Assembly: GCF_001194135.2 (NCBI RefSeq) | Contig: NC_069010.1 | Coordinates: 9,200,055 to 9,248,395 of the forward strand | Direction of reading: 5' to 3' | DNA length: 48,341 nt | Source of the DNA: Octopus bimaculoides | Lineage: Eukaryota | Shown here: positions 13,249-25,991 of the stretch, in pieces | Position numbering within the stretch: the stretch's first letter is position 1 | Layout: each line of letters starts with the position of its first letter | Notes under the pieces: generated by a model | What the model was told of the DNA's origin: nothing | What the model saw: the letters and a program-made list of their open reading frames with translations, nothing else | The model's database searches: none | Made by a program: the position numbers and the translations under genes

Positions 13249-16200
13249 ACACATACACACGTGCACAGGCAGTGGTTGTAAGGTGTTGGTGAATGAGTGT
13301 TTGTAGAAGGGACAGAGAGGAGAAAACACAATTTGTCTGTGAGGTTGTAGTAGTGGTTGTAGCGTGTTGGTAAGACAGTGTTTGTAAAGGCTGTTGTAGG
13401 GGCATGAAACTGGGGATTGTCTGTTGAAATCTGTAATGCAGACCTAATTGACAAGTTCAAAGGAAACATATAGCCAAGAACTCTTGTCTGCAGTACTTTC
13501 TCTCTCTCTCTCTCTCTTTGCTTCAGTTCACTTTGCTGTAATGGGGAAATGCCAGCCTCTTTTACCCTTCATTTGACACAGCAGTTGTGGACTGGAAGAG
13601 GCGTCGTGGTAGGTCGTGTTTCAGATAGCTAGATGCGATCGGAGAAGACCTCCGGAGGCTCAATGCCACTTTGGAGGCTGCAGAGGGCTTGGCACGGGAC
13701 CACCGGTGGTGGGGAGCACTGGTGGACCTGGTTGGCTCTATGCATGATGACGCCTCTGGGACCACTAACTTGGAATGACCCCAGTCACATCAAGGAAGAG
13801 CATGAGATAAGAAGCGAGCATTGGTGTGTGTGTACCATTAATTAGACATCACACAATGGTTGTGAATGAGCATCATTGTCATACTAACGAGGCTGTATAT
13901 TTTCCATCTTCCATGAAAGGCCTATCTGACCAGGAGGGGGTTGGGGGGATATTACCTCCCCTGGAAACAGGTGAGGGTTGGTGAAGGACAGCTCAGAATA
14001 ATGAGACTAAGGCTTATAAAATTCACAAACAAGCATTACAAATATGTATTCCCATCATCAGTTGCCAAATGGATATCATTATGTTTTCAACACCTGGGCA
14101 CCACCATTGATTATCTGTCGTATTTGTTTGCTTATTTACTTTATTTGTATGTTTTATTTATTTTTGTTGTCTTTTCAGTTTCTTGGCCTGTTTTAGATCT
14201 CCATCAATGCCAGGATGTGGCACGTCTCGTAAAAGCAGCCTGATGCAGAGCTCAACCGGTGACCCTCAGTGTTGTCTGGTCACGCAGTAAGTGTGGGTCT
14301 CTTTCTTTGGTTTGGTAATGACGGTGAGGGTGATTGTGTTGGTGTGGACGCTTCTTTGTCTCTTTCTCTTTCTCCATCAACACGCACACATAACATCCCC
14401 TCACACACCTTCGCATGGGAGTTTGGAAAGTAACTTCATCTCTATACCCAGCATCCACAAGTACACTAACATTCTATTCAAAATATAACCCCCCCCCCAT
14501 CCCGGCAAAAGAAACGTTTGCAGCTCACACAGCTGTAACGGATGGCAATCTTAAGCAACACAGGTAACCACTGCAAGAGAGATTTGGATGAAATCTATGT
14601 CAGTCTTATAAACACAGTATTTAATGATGGAGATGAAGAAAACTACAGTCATTATCACAAGCTGGGTAATAATAGTCATTTTGGTCATTGGCTTTCTTTT
14701 GCTGTTTCTGTGACTGTTCCTGTTTTGTAGGGTTGGCTTGCAGGTCCAACATGCAACCTTTCTCTTTTCTTTGTGGGCTTAGGATTGGCCTGATTAAATA
14801 TACCTGCCAAGTTGATAGCCTTACCACTTTAAAGATCCTCCCAGAAGGAAGATTAAAACTAGCAGGTCACATACTCCCAGTTATTAGAACAACACCATTC
14901 TAAAACAGCTTTCAAATGGACACCTCCAGTGGGAAAAGGAAGGAGAAGACTCTCAACTAGAAGGTGAAGAACATTCATAAAAGCAGACACGTGGGGGAGC
15001 CAACATCACATGACTGGATGTAGAGGAAAGTGCAGCCAATAGAAGCAGTTATACAGACACACACAGAGGCACACTGAGAAAACTGGCTGTCTGTCAGTTA
15101 TGGCTAATAAGGGTAACAGTCTGCTCGTGAAATTAACATGCAAGTGGTTGAGTATTCCACAGACATGTGTAACCTTAATGTAGCTTTCAGGGAGATTGTG
15201 GCACAGAATGTGACAATGCTGGCCCCTTTTGAATTACAGGTATGACTCATTTTCCCCAGATGAGTGGACTGGAGCAATACGAAATAACGTGTCTTGCTCA
15301 AGGACACAACGCACCACTAGGAATTGAACTCACGACTTTATGATCGTCAGTTGAATATCCCTAACCACAAGGTTATGCACCTTCACAGGTACGCTTACTC
15401 TTATACACACACTTATATACTCGTACACATACACTCACCCTTGCACACACATAGCACATGTTTTATATTATTTAACGTATTTATTTTCTCCGTGCCCCTC
15501 CCCTCTAATCTATATGTCTTTTTTTTTTTCTTTATTTTTCCCAGATTTATCGAGAACCTGCTCAAATTTTTAGTGTGTCAACATGAGAAATTCGGAGCCC
15601 ATATCCAGAAGCATGTCAAGGCCTTATTGGGCCACGAGTTAAACCCTGCCCTCTACCCGAATCTCTTTGACCAGGTCAAACTCAGTGTGGAGAAATCTTC
15701 ATTTGACTCGTCTGGCCAGGTAACCAACCACAAACACTCCCTTAATACCCTTTCACCAACAAGCTACCTCTCTCTCTCTATGTACCTCTCCATATCCTTT
15801 TCTTTCTTTGTGCCTGTCAATATCTCTGCCTTCTTGTCTGTATGTCCCTGTCTCTCTCTCTCTCTCTCTGTGACTGTCTACCTCTCTCTTTCTACCATTG
15901 TGTATGCCTCTCTGTTTCTCTCTCTCTCTATCTTCTTTCTGTCTTTCTATGTACTTGCCTCTCTCTCTCTCTCTCTCTCCCTCTCTCTGTCATTCTGTGT
16001 GATTGTCTGCCTCTCTCTTTCTGCCATTGTCTCTCTCTTCTCTCTCCGAGCATTTCTATGTCTGTCTCTCTGTCTCTCTACCAAAACACTCAACAATAGA
16101 TGGTGATGGTGTCGTTGANNNNNNNNNNNNNNNNNNNNNNNNNNNNNNNNNNNNNNNNNNNNNNNNNNNNNNNNNNNNNNATAATCACCCCCATGTCCCT

Positions 16201-16739
16201 TTCCCCTTGCACATCCAAATCTGTTGGCTGTTGTATACATTTACGGACTGTTTCTTAATTATATAACGATAACGATGATGTTGCCGTTAACCCCTTTGGT
16301 ACTATGATTATAATAAAAATAAATGTGGTCGAAGCCAGTGCCACCTGACTGGCTCCCATGTTGGTGGCATGTAATAAGCACCCATTACACTCAGAGTGGT
16401 TGGCGCTAGGAAGGGCATCCAGTTGTAGAAACCTTGCCAGATCTGATTGGAGCCTGGTGCAGCCTCCTGGCTTACCAGTCCTCAGTCAAATCGTCCAACC
16501 CATGCCAGCATGGAAGGCAGACGTCAAACGATGATGATGATGATGAATAATGCACAAGGCTAGCAATATTTGAGTGGCCGGTGGTCAGTGAATGACCTCA
16601 ACTCCAACACTTAATCAGGACTTTATTTTATCGACTCCAAAAAGATAAAAAGACAAATTAGTCTCAGTGGAATTTGAACTCAAATTGCAAAGACAAAAGA
16701 AATGCTTTCAAGCATTTTGTCTGACAGCTCAGTTCTGCC

Positions 16740-16789
<50 letters not shown>

Positions 16790-19107
16790 TAGTAGTAGTA
16801 ATAATAATAATCCTTTCTACTATAGAGATGTTTTAGGGGAGGGGGGTTGTCGATTACTTTGTCCCCAGTGCAACAATCTCGCTCAGATGTCTTACACTCC
16901 AAAACTTCATTTATTTAGTTTGACATCGGAGTCTTTTGCTAGGCTGGTCATATATTTAGTAAAGCAAGGTAAGATTCTTCATTTCATCCATAATTTTTTC
17001 CAGTTTGAATTTAGTTTTAATTAAACTTTTTTCAGTAAAACCTCACAATATCTAAAAACGGTTTTTTTTCTTTTTATCTATCTTGGGACTTATGTAATAT
17101 CGATGTTCAAATTTCCATTTTTTGTTGTTTTGTTTCAAATGTTGTTTCATTTTAAAATGTTGCATTTTGTAATAACTATCAGTGAAAGCAAACCTCTTTG
17201 TTTCTTTGTTTTTATTTTATTTATTTATTTATTCATTCTTCCTAATTTTTACGATTCCAGTTTGTTAAACATACAAAATTAATGTTCTAGAAAAATATTT
17301 CCCCCAAATCCATTTCGGTTTCTGCCTGCTATCATCAGATCCACTCGCAACGCTTTGGTTGGCCCCGAACTGACGTGTTGCACAGTGGGACTGAACCCAA
17401 AGCCTACATGGCTGGGAATAATCAAATGTATGGTAAGCATGGACAATACAAAAGCAAGGGAAAAAGAAACGAAAAAAAAAAAGAAAACCCTCAAGTAATG
17501 GGTTAGTGGGGTGGGGGTTAAAGGAATTGCAAAGAAAATGGAATTTTGGAGAAATCTTTTGACAGAATGTCAATTTTAGGTGATAAATATTAATACTAAA
17601 AGAATTATGACACACACACACACACACAAGGTTAGCTTTGGCATGGTTTTTACAGCTGGATGCCCTTCCAAATGCCAACCACTTCACATTGTGGACTGGA
17701 TGCTTTTTACATGGCACCAGCACTGGCAGCATCACCAAGTAACTTGCAAGACAAAGATGTTTTGAGAGGAGAAGGGGGGTGGGGGCATTGGAGGAGGGGA
17801 TTTTGTGTGAGATGAGGAAAAGTTAGAGTGTGACAGAGAGACAGGAAGAGGTGTTTTGCTGTGGTGGAGGTCATCTTGATATATAAAAGAAAATTAGTTT
17901 AATTGTATTTGTTGTATAACTTTAAACCGAATCTGGCAGTGGACCCTTGTTGAGGAGTGTAGAACCACAGACAACTGGGGGCCTGGGTGCAGCCCCCTGA
18001 TTTGCCGACTCCTGTCAACTCATTCAACCCAACAGGGAAAATAGATGTTAAATGCATCTGAGGACAATTACCCCCACTAAGGGCAGTTGCCCTTGACAAC
18101 AACTACTCCTTAGGACAGTTATCCCCCTTTGATCATTATCCCCTCTCCAATACATTAAGAAGTTTTAAATCCTCATCTGTTGTTCTCAACTCGTTAGATG
18201 ATGATGATGATGATGATGGCCTCAACTCATCCATGTTGCTCCTTCAGGGCAGCCAGTTTATTTTTATCCCACTCCTCATTATTGTTGGTTTCATTGAGAT
18301 TAAGAAGGGCATCCAGCAGTAAAAACCCTTCCAGAGTAGATATAGAACCTGACAGAGACCTCCGGCTTGTCTGTTCTTGTCAAACTGTCCAACCCATGCC
18401 AGCAGGGAAAAAACGGACATTAAACGATGATGATGATGGTGGTGATTTCATTTAATGTCTTCAAAACAACATTTTTCAAAGTTTTTTTATATTTTAATTT
18501 GTTTCTGTTGCTAATTTTTTCAATGTTGTTCAAAATTGTTTACTTTTTCCAAAGCTTTTTCTGAAGCATTCCATGGAAGTGAAACATAATTTTTGAAGAA
18601 AAATGAATTTATGTAATTTGCTGTTAATTGCTAGAACTCTTTTAAACAATCACATTGTTGAAATCATAATATCATGGCAAAAGAATTTGAGAATTTCAGG
18701 AAATATAAAGATTTACTGATTGAAATCAAAAAAATGTGACGTTCTCAAGACGGTTATAATACCAGTGACTGTAGGAGCACTTGGAATGATCAAAGAAAGG
18801 ATCTGAAAGTTATTTGAGAATGGCCCCTGGCTTACCATCCATGCAGAAAGGGCAAAAGATTGTTTTAAATTGTTACGTCACATGTATTGAGAAGAGAGCA
18901 TTGTCGCTGTGAGAACGATTTCCCCACCCCCATGTACATGATTTTTTACTATGTAACTTTATTTGTTTTTTAAATGAATAATCTGGAGTGTTTATTTTAA
19001 TGGTCCTTTAATGTATACAGTAGAGTTTCTTTGCCCTAGGTATCAGGAAGACACTCGGTAAGAAATGGAAACAAAATCGAAGGAAGAAGAAAAACTCAAT
19101 AATAATG

Positions 19108-19149
<42 letters not shown>

Positions 19150-20133
19150 TTTGTGTTTCAGGTTGAAGTCACAGATCTGAATACTCAGTTCATTGAAAAT
19201 ATTATTTTCATCATGAAGAACATCCTGGAAATGAAGTCCGACCAGCCTTGCGAGTACCTTGGTGTGACCAGTATTGAATCTATGATGTTATCCATTGTCA
19301 GGTGAGACACTGCATCCCCACCCAGCCTTTGCACTTGTCATTGTTGTATTAGAGTGACCTTCCTTGAATGTCTCATGACCACCCTTGCCCCCTCCCCCCC
19401 CTCCACAAAGCCATGTCATGTCCCTTCTCTGTCTGCCTTTTCTACTCTGCAGTCTCTCTCTCTCTCTCTCTCTCTTCTGAAGCCGCATGCATTCAAAGAG
19501 GTTCTTAACATTTTAAGCTGCATGGCAACCTCGCTAGTGCTGGTGCCATGGAAAACGGATCCACTTCTTTGCCAGTCTTGCATAATAAACATGCTATGGC
19601 AAATTATTACCTTGGCTGGAAACAAGTGAGGGTGGAGGGTGGATGACAGTAAAGGTATCCAGCTGCAGAAAATCTACCTCAACAAATTCTGTCAGACCCA
19701 TGCAAACATGCAAACATGGACATTAAATGATGATGATGATACATACACAGACGCGCTTTCCAGCTAGAGAAGCCATGTGTCTTCTCTACAGCAAGGCACC
19801 TGTTCCTGTCCCTCTGTCATAATTAACCTCTCATCTCCCGACAGAAAGCTGCCTCCCCCACCCCCTCATCAGTTGAAGGGTCCTGTCAGTTTTTTGGTGA
19901 CTCACCAGTGCTGTTAGGTAGTTGGGGTTAGGAAGAGACCATTATGAAAACCTATGTTGGAACACAAGGCAGTTGTCTGTGTATAAAATTCTACTCAATA
20001 GGAATTGGTTAACCCAAAGCATGTTGGGAAAACCCTGGCCCAATGTACTGAGTAGTAGAATTGAACCTAGAACCATGTGGTTGCAGAGAAAACGTCTTCA
20101 CATCTGTGTATGGTGTAAAGTAGTGTGTGTATG

Positions 20134-20189
<56 letters not shown>

Positions 20190-20235
20190 ATCGAAATCGA
20201 AAATTGAACCAAATTCGTTGACTGGNNNNNNNNNN

Positions 20236-20275
<40 letters not shown>

Positions 20276-20909
20276 ATCGAAATCGAAAATTGAACCAAAT
20301 TCGTTGACTGGCACCCATGCCAACCTTCCTTCATTGGACAGTACACCATCACTTGACAACCGATGTTGGTGTGTTTATGTCCCCATAAATTAGCAGTTCG
20401 TGAAAAGAGACCCATAGAATAAGTACTAGGGTTATAGAGAATAAGTCATGGGGTCGACTTGTTTGACTAAAGGCCGTGCTCCAGCATGGCCACAGTGAGC
20501 TGTGTGATGGTGAAGGCCCTTACCCTGTGTTTAAATAAATAAACTGTTGTCTGTTAATTGTTCCATTAAATACAAATTACATGAGTGTCATGGATGAAAC
20601 TTCATTTTCTTTCTTTCTGATTTTTTTCCAGATATGTCCGGCATTTGGACTCCAGTGTACATGCCATCCAAATTAAGATCAAACTCTGTCAACTTGTTGG
20701 CGCAGTAAGAAGACACTATTTCTCTCTCTCCATCTCCCTCCCTCTCTCCCCCCCTCTCTCTCTCTCTCTCACTCTTTTTTTCCTTCTCTTTCACTTGTGT
20801 TTTATTCCCTTCCAGCTTTCATATTTTATATCTCCCTTTGTTGAATAGGTCCCATGATATAAACTCACTAAGTAAATCCAGTATTTAGTTCTGTGGGTAT
20901 GTATGTATG

Positions 20910-20962
<53 letters not shown>

Positions 20963-23900
20963 CAAAGAATATATATGCATGTATACACACATATATGTAC
21001 ATACTTACATCTACATGTGTATATAGATGCATATCAGGGTACAGGACGTTAGAACAATGAACTACAGACCACAGAACGAACACATAGGAAAACAGATAGC
21101 CACTTGGAATAAACCCTTCATCAGCTGCCTCTATTCTAACTAGACGTTTCGAAGATAAGGCAATATATATATATATATATATACACACACATATTTCCCT
21201 GTTGGCTTTATCTGCAGATGATGACCAGGCGTGATGAACTAACGTTTCGTCAAGAGATGAAGTTCCGAAACAAACTGGTTGAATATTTAACTGACTGGAT
21301 TATGGGGAATTCACACCAAGTGAACATCCAAGGAGACATCTGCAGCATGTCCAGGTGAGTACAGCTTTCACTTCATTCTCCCACAGACACGACAACACTT
21401 CTGATTTCCCTTATATGACTGCTGCCTTTGAAGAGCACGCAAATACTCTGTACTCCAAGATACATATAGCTGATATGAAAATTAAATCTGATCTTCTTTA
21501 TATGGTTTCGGTCATTGGTTCCACCCCACCCCCCTGGTGCCATGCTGGAGCGACACACTACTACAGCACATCTCCCTTACTATTTCTCCTGCTGTTGATA
21601 ATGTTGTTGTTGTTGTTGTTTTCAGGGACTTAGACCAAGCCAGTATGGAGGCTGTCGCAGCCCTTTTAGCTGGTCTTCCTCTGCAGCCTGAAGAAAGTGA
21701 CCGAGGAGACTTGAACGAAGCAAAATCACAACTCTTCTTAAAGTAAGTTTGGATTTTGATCCCTTTCCACACTTTACTGGGGTTTTTTTTTTCCCTTCTC
21801 CATATGACCCTCACTCTTAGGGCTTCTGTCCCAACTTATTTCTCTGAAACCCCTCTTTCATAATTGTCCCTTAGAAATATCTATGGAAACCCTCTCCTGC
21901 CATTGTCCCCACCAGATATCTCTAAAATCCCACTCTCACCATTGTCCCCTACAGATGTCTATGAAACCCTTATTTCACAATTATTCCTTACAGATACCTA
22001 TGAAAGCCCTTTTTCGCCATTGTCCCCTTGTGATAAATATGAAACCTCTCTTTTCACTATTTTTTCCTACTCTATGAAATCCCTATTTTCTCTATTCTCC
22101 CCTACAGATGTCTATTAAACCCCGCTTTCACTATTCTTCCCTAAAGATGTTTATGAAACCCCTATTTTCACTATGAATCCTTATTCCATGAAACCCTATT
22201 TTCACTATTGTCCCCTTCTGATAAATACAAAACCCTTCTTATCACTGTTGCCTCTTACAGATATCTATCAAATCCCTATTCTCACTAATGTGTCCCCTAT
22301 TTCTATTTTGCAGGTATCTAACACTATTTATGAATTTACTAAATGACTGTTCTGAAGAAGAACAAGACAAGGCTATGGACCCGAATCGCAAACGCAGCAT
22401 GTCCAACCTAAGTGCACTTCGTCACTGCACCGTGCAAGCTATGTCGAACCTGCTAAACGCCAATATAGAAAGTGGGCTGATGCATTCGATAGGTGGGTAG
22501 CCCCTTATCTTGTTTGTTTCTTACCTCAGCTTTTGTCCTCTTTGAAACATTGATGGAGACAGACCCAGCATTGTTAAGTGGTCTGTGGTGACCCCTCAGT
22601 TTTGAGGGTCAGTCCCATTGCACAGCACCTTGGGCGAGTGCCTTCTACCATAGTTCTGGGCTGACCAATGTCTTCTGAACGAATTTGGTTGACAGAATCT
22701 ATGCAAGAGCCTGTTGTGTGTGGTAACATCTGTGTGTAGTAGTGGATGTTGAGGAGGGGGTGTCTATACATGGTGGTGTTTACCTTTGTGGTGGTGGTGG
22801 TGGATGTGTGTCTGTATACATTTCCCTTTGGTGTTCTGCTTCGTTACTGTCTCCGAGTAATTTGCATAATTAAAAGTGAGCTTAATGGAGGGAAATCGTT
22901 TTTTTTTAATACAAATTAATCAACTGATCCCCTCGCCCTCTACAATGCAACTCTGCTGCTTTTCACTGTTACAGCCTCCTCCCTCTCCCCATCACCATTA
23001 CTACCCCACCACTGCCGCCAACAACAACACAATCACCTCCACCACAACACCACCACCGCCACCACCATCATCACTACCACCATCATCATCATCATCATCA
23101 CCACCACCAACACAACCATTAACACCATCACCAACCCTCACCTCCACCTTCGCCGTCTCCTGTTGTTCACCTCCTTTTGCCCTTCTCTCTCTGTCTTCAG
23201 CCCTTGGCTACCACAAAGACCCACAGACTCGTGCTGCTTTCATGGAGGTATTGACGAAGATTCTACAGCAGGGTACTGAGTTTGAAACACTGGCTGAGAC
23301 TGCTCTGGCTGATCGCTTTGAACGCCTCGTCGAGCTGGTCACCATGATCGGAGACAAAGGGGACTTACCAATTGCCATGGCCCTCGCTAGCGTCATTTTA
23401 CGGAGTCAAATGGTAGGTTGCAACTTGAAACTTTATCCGTCTGCATGTGTAGCTTTGTGCGTTCTGCTTCAATCTTGAATAACCAAAGTTGGCAGGTCAG
23501 CTTATTAGATGTCTGATAATGATTTATTAAGGTAACAATGATCTAAGACACTTATAACTGCCTCTCCTGAATGTGTCTCAAAAACTTCTGGAAGGCATCT
23601 TGTGGAAACCGTTTCCAAAGCAGACACTGGAGCTGGATGCCGTCTTTTAATCCATTCAAATCATGTCAAACCATCTGACCCATGCCAGCATGGAATATTA
23701 GACATCAAATGATGATTATGAGGCTGTGTGTTTGTGCCTATATATATCATCATCAGGCACAGGCATGGCTGTGTGGTAAGAAGCTTGCTTCCCAACTGCA
23801 TGGTTCTGGGTTCAGTCCCACTGTGTGGCACCTTGGGCTAGTGTCTTCTACTATAGCCTTGGGCTGAACAATGCTTTATTTGGTAGACGGAAACTGAAAG

Positions 23901-25952
23901 AAGCCTGTTGTATATATATGTATGTGTGTGTGTGTTTGTCCCCTCACCATTGCTTGACGACTGGTGTTGGTGTGTTTATGTCCCCATAATCTAGTGGGGA
24001 CATGATATAAAGAGAGACCGATAGAATAAGTACTAGGCTTACAAAGAATAAATCCTGGGGTCGACTTCTACTAAAAGACCCTTTAAGGCACTGCTCCAGC
24101 ACGGTTGCTCTCAAATGACTCAAACAACTAAAAGAATAAAAAAGAATTTATATTTACCATATTTACTTGTATATACGTTGCCCCCACCTCACCCCGCCCC
24201 ANNNNNNNNNNNNNNNNNNNNNNNNNNNNNNNNNNNNNNNNNNNNNNNNNNNNNNNNNNNNNNNNNNNNNNNNNNNNNNNNNNNNNNNNNNNNNNNNNNN
24301 NNNNNNNNNNNNNNNNNNNNNNNNNNNNNNNNNNNNNNNNNNNNNNNNNNNNNNNNNNNNNNNNNNNNACTTAACAGTGCAGCTTATATACGAGTATATA
24401 TGTGTGTGTATGTGCATACGAGTTGGTGTGTCTCTCTCTATATATATATATACACTTTGAGCATGCACCATTTTGAGCGTGGCCGTTGCTAGTACCGCCT
24501 GACTGGCCTTCGTGCCGGTGACACGTAAAAGCACCTACTACACTCTCTGAGTGGTTGGCGTTAGGAAGGGCATCCAGCTGTAGAAACTCTGCCAAATTTA
24601 GATTGGAGCTTGGTGTTGCCATCCGGTTTCACCAGTCCTCAGTCAAATCGTCCAACCCATGCTAGCATGGAAAGCGGACGTTAAACGATGATGATGATGA
24701 TGACATATGAGTGTATGTATTTATATATATATATGTTTCTGCTCTTCCAGGATGAATTAGCCAGAGTGTTTGTAACTCTGTTTGATGCTAAACACCTCCT
24801 GTATCAACTGTTGTGGAATATGTTTTCTAAAGAGGTAAGTCATTGCATTCCTCATGGATTCTTTCTTTCGTTGATTGGTCAGCTTCAAAGAACTGGCCAC
24901 ACCATCTGATAATTCTTGGTTGCATGGCAGATATATTTGTTGGTGTAATCTCTATTGATGTGTTACATCTGTCAGCATGACATCTGCCGATGTTACAGGC
25001 ATAATTTGAACCCTGTTTCACAGGCTCACTTCAAATACAAGTCAGTGTGTTATACTCTGTGTTTGTGTTGATATCATACTTCAGCCAATATCTACTGTGG
25101 AGTACCTTGATCATTCTCTAGGGGAGAGAGTTCTTGCATAAATTATGATAAGCAGTTTCATTTAAATATGAACCCTCTGAATTAGGGATTGTTTTTGTAT
25201 GAAAGAATCAGAGACTGATCCCATTTGTTTGTTATTAAAATATTTAATATTGTAAACTAATTAATTGGTTGCATATTTTGTTGATTGTTGTCTAAACGAT
25301 GTTTTTGGTGGAAGAAGGGAATACTCAATATTCAACAAAATTCCCAAAATTGTATTTTTTCTCTTCTTGTTTCGATATATCAACACTGATTAGACTAAAA
25401 TAATTTAGATTGGAGCCTGGTGTTGCCATCCGGTTTCACCAGTCCTCAGTCAAATCGTCCAACCCATGCTAGCATGGAAAGCGGACGTTAAACGATGATG
25501 ATGATGCAAATAATTCACAGAAATATGCAAAGCTAAAACATGAATATTGTTTGGAAAACTTGAAAGAACCTTTGTAGAATATTGGACATTCCTTTCCTCC
25601 ACCGAACGCATCATAGATTTCTGCTCGTTTCATTGTGTATTTTGGAAAGCCCCATGGATTAAACTGAGTATTGAACCCTGCACTGTTTTTTTCTGATCTT
25701 TCAGGTTGAGATTGCTGACTGCATGCAGACCTTGTTTCGTGGCAACAGTCTGGCAAGCAAAATTATGGCTTATTGCTTCCGTTTCTATGGACAGAATTAT
25801 CTCCGCAGCTTGCTCAACCCACTCATTCAAGATATGATGGATATAGAAATACAAAACCCCAACTTGTCCTACGAGATAGATCCATCGAGGTGAGCCACGG
25901 CGATCTTTCTTTTTCTTTTTCTCTTATCCTTACTATTTCAATAAATGAAAGA

Positions 25953-25991
<39 letters not shown>

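Noticed and set aside
16887-16968. Exon-like segment with a strong donor (AAG|gtaaga) in the phase-0 intron 15720-19161
   Set aside because: All candidate acceptors (16887, 16919, 16943) give lengths of 82, 50 or 26 nt, none a multiple of 3, and there is no NF1 similarity. At most a poison exon, and unsupported.
20130-20310. Direct duplication of tatata...cacacaatcgaaatcgaaaattgaaccaaattcgttgactgg
   Set aside because: The two copies flank a 10-N gap (20226-20235), the typical signature of an unmerged contig overlap. Probably an assembly artefact.
25800-25850. Counterpart of the human NF1 C-to-U editing codon (CGA, R1306)
   Set aside because: The aligned position here is CAA (Gln) in LLNPLIQD, so the site is not conserved; RNA editing cannot be seen in genomic DNA anyway.
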